Source: Nemertoderma westbladi (Eukaryota; Animalia; Xenacoelomorpha). From it: 61,619 bases of DNA. The notes under the pieces were generated by a model. That model worked only from the letters and a program-made list of their open reading frames with translations, was not told the DNA's origin and ran no database searches. Positions 18,849 through 30,729 of the stretch are shown piece after piece. Where the stretch lies: positions 1 through 61,619 of the forward strand of contig JAUCBJ010007048.1 of assembly GCA_032718475.1 (NCBI GenBank), written 5' to 3'. The translations under genes and the position numbers were made by a program. Position 1 is the first letter of the stretch. Each line of letters opens with the position of its first letter.

Positions 18849-21800
18849 TTGAGAGAAACTTATCTCAACATCGCCAGTCAGCAGAACCTAGAGACTCGAT
18901 ATCCTCAAGGTATACATCATGACCCTATGGTAGAACTCAAACGGCTCTATTTCACTATGATGTATCTTACCGCCGATCGTCCACTACCTGTTATCCCGGA
19001 TAGTTTTGAACAAATGGAAGAATATTGCAAAACTGGAGAACGATCACCCGCGTTTCCTCTACAGGACGTACGTCTTTGGTATTATTGTGACGAATGCCCT
19101 AGACCCAACCAACAAACTGAAAGACATAAACATCCGCGGAGACGTTGCGCTAAACACAGCTTTACGCGTTATACTTACGGGAGTTTCGAGCGAAACCTGT
19201 TCGACGTATCACCCACAATCGCTCGTCTTAAACGATCACTAAATAAACCTATGATCAGAGTTCCGGAATACTCGGTCAGGCCTCCTCATTCCCTAGTGAG
19301 ACCTCAAACTCTTGATCCTAACAGTATCACTGATCCTCCCGAACTATATTCCCTGTTCAAAGACTTAGTGTTACCCGAACAATTAATCGGTGGTGCTCCG
19401 GTAGTGGGTTCGTTAGACATTCGCCCATCCTACTTAGCCGGATTGGGACGCGGGCAGCTAATATCGCCATTTGATCCTTACAATCGTCCAGGATTAAACC
19501 CGATGCAACCCGCCACGGAAGTCGAGGAGAGCGTTATAAGAAACGCTTTAGACGCCATTCGACAGAAGATCGGAAAGGGAACACAAGATTGTTTAGAGAA
19601 ACGTAAATTACAACAACAAGTCCAATCGGTGAAGGAGTTAGCCTTGCCACAGTTCGATAGAGAAATCCAAAACCTCGAGGAGGACATCGAGCTTGGACGC
19701 ACGTATTCTCTACAAGAGTTTTTAGATGAACGCTTACAGAGACAAGCGGAAGAAAATCTACTCGAGGAGAAACACACGAAAATGGACGAGAGAGAAGAAG
19801 CCGCTTTAGCCCAACCTGAAGCTCAAATCCTTATGACAGATCTCTACTCTAAAACCGTCCGTCATCCCTCGATGATTCCACATTTCGGAGACAAACTCTT
19901 CGCGACGATACAACCTCAACCGGTTGATATCAGTACAGGATCGCAAAATCTTATCGCTGACGCCCCTATGTTACAGCGTCCGCCAATCGAGGCTGCTCGT
20001 GTTGACGGTATACTCGTTGAACCTCCGGACAATCGATCGGATCTTGTCCGTCGTATGGTACACGATGTCAACATACGCGCTAGACCTTTACAGAACTCGT
20101 TTTATGGGATTAAAGACCACCCTTATTACGTTAATCTGACTCAATATTATATGGTAAAACCAGAAGACCCGACGCATAATTTAAAGTTTCTACCACTAAT
20201 AAATCCTCTAGACGTTGTCGAACTCGAACAATTGCAGAAACATCTGGATCAGTTAGTAAAGGTAAACTCATTTAGAAAACCATATAACATTTCTCGAATC
20301 GAGAAGGATATAGAACCTCCTTATAATCTCGATGGATTTATTAAAACTCGATTAGTCCATTGGAATCTAGATCTATTATTTGAAGAAGAGAAAATACAAA
20401 GATATGGAAATGTGGAGACGTATACCACTCGGCACATGAAGTATAGTGATCTCCCTGACGCTAACCAATGCGCCACCTTGTGGCATCCAGTAGGGATGAC
20501 CCTAGAGAACGCCACCAAGGAGTGGAATGAAACTCTTAATGTTATTGAGATGTATGGAGTTGTCACCTACGATAATGAAGGTAGCGTTCCGTTCGGAGAA
20601 CTAGGAACTACGCGCATGATCCACATACGCGGATTAGCTGGTTCTACCCACGTGTTTACTCGAGCGTGTTCCGACGTGATTGATTATTCCTTTGAAACTC
20701 TCACCGAAACACAAAAGAATCTCCGACATGGACAATTCGAACTCGCGCAGCGTTACGTCATTGACACTGAACGCAAACCGGCCATGGGTATCGATGGATC
20801 GATGTTACCCCAGCCCGTACTCGAGATGTTGTTCAACGAAAGAATCCTTAAAATCGGCTCAGCTGTTTATGGAGATCTCCAAAACGACTTTCGGAATATG
20901 GAAAATATCCCATATCCTTTCGTAGATACGCAACTGATTGCTCCCTGGGCAGAAGGTCGAGGTTTCTTCCGCACCATGTATGCTAATACGTCTAGCAACA
21001 TTACAAAGGTGCAACGAACTTCCATCGGACATCTTGCCTTTCAGGAATACGGATGGAATTTCAAAGTCGGAAATCCCATCAACTATCAACAAGTATACGT
21101 AGACCATTATTCTCGATTATACTTTGATGGACCATTGACCGCACCTGGCGTCGTGTATAGCTTCATGAGTGTTCCACTCCGTCCCTCCTTAGCTATCTAC
21201 ACGATCTTTGAAAACACCGCACTTGCCGGTTGGCTAGCCGATGTGTGCAGTCGTACTATACGCGCCCATCCATTAATACTTGGGACCAAACTCGCTAAGC
21301 TAGATGAACATAATAAATTCATCCGCTTCGAATGTTTCCGGCGATTTTTAACCCCGTTCCGCAACGTGGATAGCCAATTTAAAGACCGCGCTTTAACCAA
21401 GCTCAGCCTAAGAAACTCAGCTGCAGAGAAGTTAGATAGCGCTGGATTTGCCATTTTCAAAGAGATTTGTATATCGAACTTGCACTCCTCTGTTATACAA
21501 AGACCTAGAATCCCCACAGGTTATTCTGTCGTGGAAATTCAGACAATAGGTCCACTTGAAGAGACAGACACGCCCACCTCAGCTACGCACTGGGAAGACG
21601 AACCAATATGCCTAGAATCTGAGGAGATTCAGCCTATCACCCCCCGGAACAGCGACAACGATTACATCCTAGAATGGTATCAAGGTCCACAGTGTCTCAC
21701 TGCGTACGATTATCGACATGCCAACTATGTTTCTAGGCAACGTTGTCGGTTATGCGCATCGAGAGACCATGTTACGCCTATGGACACAAACGTCCGCTGT

Positions 21801-22532
21801 TCCTATTTCCAAGAACAACCGACGATGGAAATTTATTGCGCATATTGCAGACTCAATAACTTGCACATTTTTGCAGTTTGCCCTCAATTTATGACTCAAT
21901 GTCATCATTGTCAACTAAAGGGACACGCCAGTTTCGATTGCCCTTTTAATCACGATTTGGAAAGCGTAGATGAAATGATCACACTACGTTACATCAGAGC
22001 TTGGGAAGCGAACGCTGATTTACATTGTGATTCGCGCCATCGCTATTATCCTGGACGCGCTTACGAAGGAGTTTATGCGTTCCATCCTTACCTATTCGCT
22101 TCTGTCGAACAGAAATCACGCATATCGAGTTACGAACTACTAAAGCGCGTCGGAGAATGTATTTCAACCAAGTTCGTATGCAAATTTCTCAGGAGTGTTA
22201 ATCCTAGCGACCTTCATTCATATAACCTAATCAATTTTATCCGTCAGGATCCGGACTATGGAGACTTATTTGTTAACTCACACCCCGAGTTACAGGAAGT
22301 ATATCGACGGCCTTACAAATACCGAGCCCGCGAACGCGAGTTGGAAAGAACCATTAAACCCAGGAAGTTTCTGACTGCCTATGGTCCACCCACGGCTCTC
22401 GTTCAGACCACTCGTAAAGGACCCGTAAGAGCGGCCGTCCTAAAACGTGCTCTCAAGGCCATTAGACCCCTCTCCCCCGATGTTGATGTCAATCAACCCT
22501 TGCACTTCGACTGGCGGATACACCGACCATAA
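18849..22532 (+). CDS. Extra ORF (ORF3) of the BEL element: coiled-coil region, DEDDy-like 3'-5' exonuclease domain, three Cys/His knuckles
   Basis: 1227 open codons inside the LTRs. ExoI-like VVTYDNEG (20559-20582), ExoII-like LFNERILKIGSAVYGDL, FVDTQ, SIGHLAFQEYGWNFK, ExoIII-like PLRPSLAIYTIFE. Knuckles CRLCASRDH..., CAYCRLNNLHIFAVC and CHHCQLKGHASFDC at 21744-21941. The CDS is well supported; the domain call is by motif recognition only. Confidence 0.8.
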   Translation: MRETYLNIASQQNLETRYPQGIHHDPMVELKRLYFTMMYLTADRPLPVIPDSFEQMEEYCKTGERSPAFPLQDVRLWYYCDECPRPNQQTERHKHPRRRCAKHSFTRYTYGSFERNLFDVSPTIARLKRSLNKPMIRVPEYSVRPPHSLVRPQTLDPNSITDPPELYSLFKDLVLPEQLIGGAPVVGSLDIRPSYLAGLGRGQLISPFDPYNRPGLNPMQPATEVEESVIRNALDAIRQKIGKGTQDCLEKRKLQQQVQSVKELALPQFDREIQNLEEDIELGRTYSLQEFLDERLQRQAEENLLEEKHTKMDEREEAALAQPEAQILMTDLYSKTVRHPSMIPHFGDKLFATIQPQPVDISTGSQNLIADAPMLQRPPIEAARVDGILVEPPDNRSDLVRRMVHDVNIRARPLQNSFYGIKDHPYYVNLTQYYMVKPEDPTHNLKFLPLINPLDVVELEQLQKHLDQLVKVNSFRKPYNISRIEKDIEPPYNLDGFIKTRLVHWNLDLLFEEEKIQRYGNVETYTTRHMKYSDLPDANQCATLWHPVGMTLENATKEWNETLNVIEMYGVVTYDNEGSVPFGELGTTRMIHIRGLAGSTHVFTRACSDVIDYSFETLTETQKNLRHGQFELAQRYVIDTERKPAMGIDGSMLPQPVLEMLFNERILKIGSAVYGDLQNDFRNMENIPYPFVDTQLIAPWAEGRGFFRTMYANTSSNITKVQRTSIGHLAFQEYGWNFKVGNPINYQQVYVDHYSRLYFDGPLTAPGVVYSFMSVPLRPSLAIYTIFENTALAGWLADVCSRTIRAHPLILGTKLAKLDEHNKFIRFECFRRFLTPFRNVDSQFKDRALTKLSLRNSAAEKLDSAGFAIFKEICISNLHSSVIQRPRIPTGYSVVEIQTIGPLEETDTPTSATHWEDEPICLESEEIQPITPRNSDNDYILEWYQGPQCLTAYDYRHANYVSRQRCRLCASRDHVTPMDTNVRCSYFQEQPTMEIYCAYCRLNNLHIFAVCPQFMTQCHHCQLKGHASFDCPFNHDLESVDEMITLRYIRAWEANADLHCDSRHRYYPGRAYEGVYAFHPYLFASVEQKSRISSYELLKRVGECISTKFVCKFLRSVNPSDLHSYNLINFIRQDPDYGDLFVNSHPELQEVYRRPYKYRARERELERTIKPRKFLTAYGPPTALVQTTRKGPVRAAVLKRALKAIRPLSPDVDVNQPLHFDWRIHRP

Positions 22533-22744
22533 TCCTACACCCTCTGATGCAATCATATTGCACCCTTCACCCAGGAGTTATAGCCCTCCTTGTAAAGTGG
22601 CTCGCCCCAAAGAGAAAAAGACTTTGGCCAGCTTTAAAAAACTGCGTAAATGCCGTCCGCGCAAGAAAGACTAACTGTTTAGAGTATTTACGTATATTAG
22701 AAACTGTGATTTTTGTATATTTATAGACTTGAATCCCATTTTCT

Positions 22745-22752
22745 GGGAGCGG
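22745..22752 (+). other. Polypurine tract of the BEL element
   Basis: GGGAGCGG immediately 5' of the 3' LTR. Confidence 0.7.
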
Positions 22753-23928
22753 TGTAAAAGCTTTTGCGGATATAATCAGTCCCCTTGCCCGCAAAGTACC
22801 GTTGTAGGTGTTTTGGTGGACGTGGGGGTCATTCTTCTATATGTGTGCTTTGGCGGACATGGCAAGGCACAAAACCCGCAATGCGTCAAATACTCTAGCA
22901 CAGTGTAGCCTTGATGATTCAGATTACGACATCTAACAGCTGGTTGCTGGCATGGAAACGGCCATTGGACACATGGTTCTTTGTTTAGCTTAACAGCCAA
23001 TCAGAGCGATTTTTACTGTCGATGTGGAGATATTCTACAGATCGTGCTAGGAGTGTTCAATCTTATAGTTTTCTGTGATATAGTTTTGTTGTTTCTATCT
23101 AGGCCAAGAACACCGGCTCTAGAGTCAATTCGTTTCAGACTTTAGAAGAAACATTAGTAGGCTTAGATTATAGAGCGTATAACTGTTATCAGTCAACACA
23201 GTCTTATATCACTGCAACATACATTATTATACTGCTATTTACTGTTGTCATTATTTGTATCAGTTGGTTGAATATTATTATTTGGAGAACATCGATAAAT
23301 AACCCAACTTTCCCAATTTTCTTGATACACTACAGGTTAGAGAGACAGGTTACATATAGCGATTGCGACTTATATTATCGTGGTTTGTAGTGAATTTCAT
23401 GCTATTTGATAGGCACTACATGAGTCAATTGCTGTTCTCTTTATGTATGATAAAATTCATTGAAGGTCGGCAGATTAGCGTGCAGTATCGCGTGGTACCG
23501 GTAGTGTGCATGATTGCGGCTGATAACTAAGCATTTCCTAAAGAATGCGCCTCATACGTGAATCATAAGCCTTACAGTCTTACAGTTGTGTTTAGTATAA
23601 GTCATATCTCTGTTTACCTAGATAGAGCGCCACGTCCTAAAGGAACTGTTAATATTTCCCGAAAGTGAATAATACTCGTCAGAAATTATTTATTAACGAT
23701 CAATCGAATAATACTGTAAGCTTACACTGCAATAATAAATCTAAGCCCCATCCGAATCCAGTCTCCCGGGTATATCCAGCGGGTGAATGGATGCGCACTA
23801 GGCTGGCTTCGGCTAATGTTGTGTTTATTGGTATTAAATACTTGTCATTTACTAAAGTCTATTTATAAACCAAAAGACATATAAATTTTGGCAGGTTAAA
23901 CTGCTAAAGGTCTTCAAAAGCGCGTACA
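22753..23928 (+). repeat. BEL element 3' LTR
   Basis: Direct repeat of 5257-6432, followed by the TSD GAAAC. Confidence 0.97.
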
Positions 23929-25960
23929 GAAACGCTAGCGGAATGTCAGGCAAATTCAGATTAAGAAAGTCTGTAAGGCAAGGCTAGGGTTCATAAAACC
24001 AGCCACCACGCAAGAAGTTAAGCACAGCCAGCGTTCAGTCCCTCATCTAACCCAAAATAAATCACACAAATAATTCCCAAAACGAATAAATTATATTTTA
24101 CTTTAGACACAAAATAATGATAATAAAACTCATACCAATAAACAGGATATAATATTAGTCAACCAAACCACCACCAATAGTCCTAACAGCTGCAGAGTTT
24201 AAGTTTATGAGAGTCCTAACAGCTGTATGAAGAATACAAAAAGTAATAGTTAATAGAGTTCGAATAATATAATTAATTGAGTTTACAATATACATAGCGA
24301 ATGTATGGCACATGATCTGAGTTACATGTCACATACATGGTGTCCAACGACTGCTGAGCAGTCTAAAACAGGCAGCATTATCAATGTTGGTATATTTTGT
24401 AAACGCCTCAAAGACCAAAATTCTGACTGTTAAATGGAATCCATGCAGCACCAAGTCTTCCTTATGATTGTCTTCAGTCATTAAATGACCCTTTTTCTCA
24501 ATTCGAAGACTTCATGAGCAAAAAAGAATTGAATTCTGAGAACTTCAAGATCAAGGTGATGAATTTTACATGTATTTAATCCATACCAAATAAGGAAACA
24601 ACATGGATAAATACACAACACCACCAATGTTTGCGGCCAGCCATAGCACATCGTTGTTGACCTTTTCTCTTACACAGTTGCCATTAATCATTAATCAGGT
24701 TGGTCTCAGCATGGCAGTGGCTTATAATAATTTCAAGTCAAAGTAGCGATTTCATTATTGTCGAATACAACACACAACATATCCTTCCACTGTATAAGAA
24801 TAACGAAAGGAAATTAAGAAAACAACAGGATTCCCATTATTAGCGTGATCGCCCCCCCGTACAGTACCTGCTATATTTATGAAACACAACCGGCTTTGAA
24901 ACTTACACAGATTCTCATTGGTTATTTACGAATCTTTTTTCAGTATCGGATAGAAACTGCGAATGAGAAGAAGAAATATCCTCCTATTATAACTGGCGCC
25001 TACTGCATTTAATTTAGCCTCACAGTCGGCTAACAGGAAATTAGTGTATTTTATATCGTGATCCTCCCCTTCTTGGTTCAAAGGTTAGTTAGGTTCTTTT
25101 GAGAAGTATTTTGTATTTTAATGTTACTTAATGTTACTATTAATGTTAATTAAAGGGTATATTATGTGAAAGTTATCGGAAAAGGTTGAAGTAGGGGTGA
25201 AAGCTATCCATGCCATTCACTGATGGGGAACATTTCTCACTTTTAGCGTTCGATAGCATTTATAAACAAAAAAGGTAGGGGTTATAATTGAAATAATTGG
25301 CGTTTAAATTCAAATACCCCTTCGCGAAATATAAATTCATTGACACAGTATGGGATCTACTAAACTACAGAGCTAGGCAATTTAGGCCTGACCTGCATTC
25401 CGTTACTTACGTCCTACTTAGTAGTACCAGTAGTCCGTACAGGAGGCTACACTCGGGACCCAACCAGCCTACCCGCACCCGGCTACCGTCTTACCGCGTG
25501 GCGGCGCATTACAGCATTGATGATGGCCTAGGCCTATACATTACAAACAAACTCTTAAAATATTTTTAAAGCGAAATTCGATTCGGGTAGGCCTACTGAT
25601 AAATAATCGTCCATATTCAAACCTGTAGGCCCTCACCAACACCACTGCACCGCCCCTTGATTACCAACAGTCAGTATGACTTGTAGGCCATCCTTCAGTA
25701 CTTAATGCAGTAATGTGCCGCCCCGCAGTCAGACGGTAGCGGGACTGAATAGCCGGGTAGGGGTCCCCAGTACTGCTGCTGCAGTAGCCTAGCCTAGCAC
25801 TACTAAACTGTAGTACAACCCTTACTGCTGTACTGTATCAGTGATTGTATATTTCATGGGAAATTATTTTTATAATTAAACGGGCGGGGCTGCCTGCCTC
25901 TAGCGGCTATTTTTGTTTTTTGGTGTTAGCTGATATTACTCTACAATGTTCAGTAATGAA

Positions 25961-26113
25961 ACAATTAAAATCTGTAACATGTACAATTAAAGTCTGTAAC
26001 ATGTACAATTAAAGTCTGTAACATGTACAATTAAAATCTTTAACATGTACAATTAAAATCTGTAACATGTACAATTAAAATCTGTAACATGTACAATTAA
26101 ATCTGTAACATGT
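25961..26113. repeat. 22-bp minisatellite (~7 copies)
   Basis: Unit ACAATTAAAATCTGTAACATGT. Confidence 0.95.
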
Positions 26114-26759
26114 AAAACTAATACATTTCATTTCTACTGTACATTAAAACAAGAGAAATGAAATGTTTAAAATTCCGAACCATGATAAGAAATATACAAC
26201 AACTTACTATTAAGTTATATAATAATAATTAATATTAATTGGAATCTCTAGGTGCGAGTTCAATCCCACTTTCCGGTGAATCTTTTGGTAGTAAGATTGG
26301 TAGTAAGATTGGTAGTAAGCCATTCAAGGAGATACGTAGTTCATGCGTTAGTACTGTAGCAGCGAAGCTTTGCGCGATTTCAAGCTTTTTTAATACATGC
26401 ATTATTGTAACATAGTAACTTGGGCATTAGCTTTCATAGACAGTAATTTAAACATTATGTAGAGAATGAATATCTATTATTTATTTCATTTCATTACAAT
26501 ATATGATATCCACATGACCCTACCATTAACATAATCCAAGGCTAAGGGTTAGTAAAACAAGGTTGAGAAATTCAGCTAAACTATTTACATGGTCTCTTTT
26601 AATTTACAAAAGACAAAAAAGTACTTTAAGAAACAACCCTATAGTTACAGCAATGAGATATTTGATTTAAATTTGTGAAAAACGTGATTACAAAGTGTTT
26701 TCATATTTTTGTGTTTTGTTAACTGGTTAACCATATGGTGGGCTATTTGGGAACTAAAC

Positions 26760-29438
26760 AATATTACTTATGTAGCTGCCAAAATATACAACAAAATAAT
26801 TCTATATAGAATTAGACCTCACATAATAGAGAACTGCTGCGTAAGAGCCCAAATGGTTCTCGACCAAGTCGATCAACAATAGCTCAGATACTAGCGCTAC
26901 ACTACAGAGACTGATTGAGGGAATTAAGTAAAAGAATCACCACGCAGTCCTGAGATTTGTGGACTTCAACAAAGCATTGAACTTTATCAGAAGTTAAATG
27001 CTGGTTAGGTTATATTGCAAAATATCGAGACATGAAAAATATCGAGAGTAAAAATAACGCGAGTAAAAATATCGAGTGTTGAAAAATAACGATAATATCG
27101 AGAGTTCAAAAAATATCGAGAGTAAAAATATCGAGTGTTGAAAAATATCGAGAGTAAAAACATCGAGTGTTGAAAAATAACGATAATATCGAGAGTTCAA
27201 AAAATATCGAGAGTAAATATATCGAGAGTTAAAATATCGAGTGTTGAAAAATATCGAGAGTAAAAATATCGAGTGTTCAAAAATATCGAGAGTAAAAATA
27301 TCGAGTGTTGAAAAATAACGATAATATCGAGAGTTCAAAAAATATCGAGAGTAAAAATATCGAGAGTAAAAATATCGAGTGTTGAAAAATAACGATAATA
27401 TCGAGAGTTCAAAAAATATCGAGAGTAAAAATATAGAGAGTAAAAATATCGAGTGTTGAAAAATATCGGGAGTAAAAATATCTAGTGTTGAAAAATATCG
27501 AGAGTAAAAATATCGAGAGTAAAAATAACGAGTGTTGAAAAATATCGGGAGTAAAAATATCGAGTGTTCAAAAAATATCGAGAGTAAAAATATCGAGTGT
27601 TGAAAAATATCGGGAGTAAAAATATCGAGTGTTCAAAAATATCGAGAGTAAAAATATCGAGTGTTGAAAAATATCGAGAGTAAAAATATCGAGTGTTGAA
27701 AAATATCGAGAGTAAAAATATAGAGTGTTGAAAAATATCGAGAGTAAAAATATCGAGTGTTGAAAAATAACGATAATATCGATAGTTCAAAAAATATCGA
27801 GAGCAAAAATATCGAGTGTTGAAAAATATCGAGAGTAAAAATATCGAATGTTGAAAAATATCGAGAGTAAAAATATCGAGTGTTGAAAAATATTGAGTGT
27901 TGAAAAATATCGAGTGTTGAAAAATATCGAGTGTTGAAAAATATCGAGAGTAAAAATATCGAGTTTTGAAAAATATCGAGAGTAAAAATATCGAGTGTTG
28001 AAAAATATAGAGTGTAAAATATCGAGAGTAAAAATATCGATAGTAACAATTTTTTTAAATAAGGGTTGTATCATAATTGTTTTCCTAAAAATGTTCTAGA
28101 ACCAAAAAATGTGTTCTAGAACAAAAAATATTTATCAACATTGGTAACTTACACGTTTTCTATAACATTTATAAAGAGAAGTAGAAAATACTAGCTAGCT
28201 ATTTAAAAAAATTGAAAATGTAATCTAGAATTAAAAAATGTGTTCTAGAACAAAAATATTTATCAAAATTTATATCTAGCACTTATTCTATAATATTTAT
28301 TTAAAAAATAGCAAAAACTAGCTAGTATAATAAAACTGGTGAATTGGTACCCAAAGGTGTATTATGCCATTTACTTGCACTTGCACTGTTGTAACCCATG
28401 CACTGAAATATTGTCCCATAATTCTAAATAAAATGCTCAAGCAAAATGCAATATTTTTACTCTCGATATTTTTCAAAACTCGATATTTTTACTCTCGATA
28501 TTTTTCAACACTCGATATTTTTTAACACTCGTTATTTTTACACTCTATATTTTTCAACACTCGATATTTTTACACTCTATATTTTTCAACACTCGATATT
28601 TTTACTCTCGATATTTTTCAACACTCGATATTTTTACTCTCGTTATTTTTACTCTCGATATTTTTTAATCACGTTAATTTTCAACACTCGTTATTTTTAC
28701 TCTCGATTTTTTACTCTCGTTATTTTTACTCTCGATATTTTTCAAGTCCCGATATTTTTCACCATTACCGCTGGTTATCCTAAGAGCTTATGAATTACCA
28801 GAAGTAATTTTCGCTGGCATTGGATTGTTTATTGTGATACAGAAGCTCAAGTACTTCCTCAGATGGTGAAACAAAGTTCTTCTCAATCCTGTCTAGCATA
28901 CTACAAGGTGACACATTGGCGCCATTACTAATAGTAATTGTACTGGATTACGCAATGAGGAGGACGGCCACAAAGGGTGAAGATCTGGGATTCACACTTC
29001 AAGAACGCAGAAGTAGTAGCTATCCGGCAACTACAGTCACAGACACCGACTTTGCGGATGACATCGCCCTACTCTCTAATACGCTAGCAGATGCACAGCT
29101 TCTACAAAATAAAGTTGAGAGGTCTGCTATGGAGGTTGGATTGCATATAAATGCTACCAAGACCGAATTCATTACTTTTAATGTTAATGGAAAGTTCACC
29201 ACAATTGATAATAATCAACTAAGGAAGGTTGACGTTTTCCAGTACCTTTGGTCATGGGTAGAGAACAACAGAAAATAGTACCCGTGGATGACCGGCTATA
29301 ACATATATACAGTAGACCAGCTTGAAAGGGATACTGAATTGAGAGAAACGAAATTGCGACAATAATGGAGACTCGGGAAGCCTGGAAGGATCTCATTTCC
29401 ACAGTCCGAGCTCTCTTGTCGTGGTAGTAGTAGTAGTA
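26760..29438 (+). mobile_element. Degenerate RTE-like non-LTR retrotransposon (RT fragment), split by a foldback-like element
   Basis: AAKIYNKIIL.RIRP and FVDFNKA lie before the insertion; ILRAY, QGDTLAP, DFADDIALL, GLHINATKTE and FQYL lie after it. A (GTA)n tail sits at ~29423-29438. Confidence 0.85.
27008..28769. mobile_element. Foldback-like non-autonomous TIR element with arms made of tandem repeats
   Basis: The left arm (27008-~28045) is built of AAAATATCGAGAGT / AAAATATCGAGTGTTG units; the right arm (~28450-28769) is its reverse complement. GG...CC termini; TSD GCTGGTTA at 27000-27007 and 28770-28777. Confidence 0.88.
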
Positions 29439-29637
29439 TATATTCCCAAAAAGTGCACTTGGATCTCTGTACGTATGTAATTTATGTTAAACACATGGTA
29501 TTTACTTTGATCACTGGTGTAGAACAGAACCTATTCATACTGTAATATAAGGATTTGTACTACTTAAACTAATTGCGTACACCCACCTAATTGCAATTGC
29601 AGTTAGAAATATATTTGCGAACTGAATTAGTCGCGAA

Positions 29638-29776
29638 ATGAATGCGGTTACTTTTGGTTGGTTTAGTACGTTGCTACTCTTATCCTTACTTCTGGGAACT
29701 GGATGGTCAGCTGTCTGGCGATCGCGGGCGAAGACACTTCGTAACCATGGAAACAACAATAGAGACTCAATGTCAA
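29638..29776 (+). CDS. Exon 1 of a predicted secreted LDLa-repeat protein (signal peptide)
   Basis: MNAVTFGWFSTLLLLSLLLGTGWSA... ends in a phase-1 donor A|GTAAGT that matches the phase of the next exon. Absent from the ORF track. Confidence 0.65.
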
Positions 29777-30612
29777 GTAAGTTTAGAACATGATAATTAT
29801 CATTTGTTCAGTCTATACATTACTAATACTTTTTGTGTTACTGCGCTGTTTTCTGTTGTGAAGTGAAATGAAGCGAAATGGCGGACGTCGATTTCTTCCA
29901 GAAGCAGACCCCACCAGAAGAAAACACAGAAACCCCCAAATCGACACCCTTTCAACTTCCATCTCTTTTACTAGCTCCAGCACCTACACCACTAGCTACT
30001 GCATCAAAGTTAGTACTAAACAGTACAAAGTTCTCCAAAATTGGCCTAACGACCTGTCAACCACCATGGCTTAATTTCCACGAGAATGTCGCTCTGGCTG
30101 CTCTGTCAGTCTCTTACCTTATTAGCACAGTAACTATCACAAAATTCTACAGGTGCTTCGCCGCTTGGAGTTGCCAATATAATTCCAATCTGATTATTAT
30201 TGTAATAAATTATTGTTGTTTTGTTTGGTGTTACTGTTATTGTTTGAACTCAGAATATGATTACTTTCAGCAATCTACATAATTCGTAGATAGATGCTTA
30301 GTGTTGAATGAGAAACTTCACATTTGCTTTATGATCATGATACTTTGTTATTGTGGTGCTTTTTATATTTTGTCAACATCCTCCCCCCACCTACTCCTGA
30401 ACAATTGCCCCCGAGGGCATCCCAAACTCAGTTTAAGTGGCCCCTCATCTCTTTGATCTCTGCCCCTACCTTTATAACATCCTGCCTACGCCACATAACA
30501 CAAATTACTAATCACGTGTATAATCCCACCTGATCCAACTACTGCTTGCTATCATCTGGCGTAGAATTAAGTTAATTATTATTTTATTTCCTAACTCATA
30601 TGTTGTTTGCAG

Positions 30613-30729
30613 ATAATTTGTGTAAAGGAATATTATGTGAAGACAAACTGCTTTGCATAGAGACCAGCCAACTCTGTGACGGTGTCTTTGACTGTTTCGA
30701 CGGATCTGACGAAAGTTCCCATACTTGTG
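30613..30729 (+). CDS. Exon 2: canonical six-Cys LDL-receptor class A module
   Basis: TTTGCAG| acceptor and |GTGAGT donor; 117 bp, phase 1-1; CKGILCEDKLLCIETSQLCDGVFDCFDGSDESSHTC. Confidence 0.9.

Larger units (their letters stand above)
5257..23928 (+). mobile_element. Full-length BEL/Pao LTR retrotransposon, 18,672 bp, with an extra ORF
   Basis: Two 1176-bp LTRs (TGTA...TACA) with about nine substitutions by eye. TSD GAAAC at 5252-5256 and 23929-23933. Domain order is gag (triple Zn knuckle), PR, RT (YMDD), RNase H, INT, with BEL-type motifs. Confidence 0.97.
40..24310 (-). mobile_element. Decayed, internally deleted Gypsy-like LTR retrotransposon that hosts three nested insertions
   Basis: Minus-strand gag remnant (4570-5133) and integrase remnants (93-4450). 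A 35-bp identity between 40-74 and 24275-24309 fits the starts of the two LTRs (TG at 24310 on the minus strand). A minus-strand purine tract at ~76-115 abuts the 3' copy. No PR/RT/RNase H seen between gag and integrase. Confidence 0.6.

Noticed and set aside
18849-22532. ORF3 as an envelope gene
   Set aside because: No evident signal peptide, fusion peptide or C-terminal transmembrane anchor; it has nuclease-like and knuckle motifs instead.
26248-26275. B-box-like GAGTTCAATCCC suggesting a tRNA or SINE
   Set aside because: No A box or cloverleaf found.
26994-28793. ORFs of the SRYFSTLDIF type
   Set aside because: Translations of the foldback-arm repeats.
29868-30282. 134-aa and 68-aa ORFs in intron 1 of the LDLa gene
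   Set aside because: No recognisable domain or convincing splice pair; an extra exon cannot be fully excluded.
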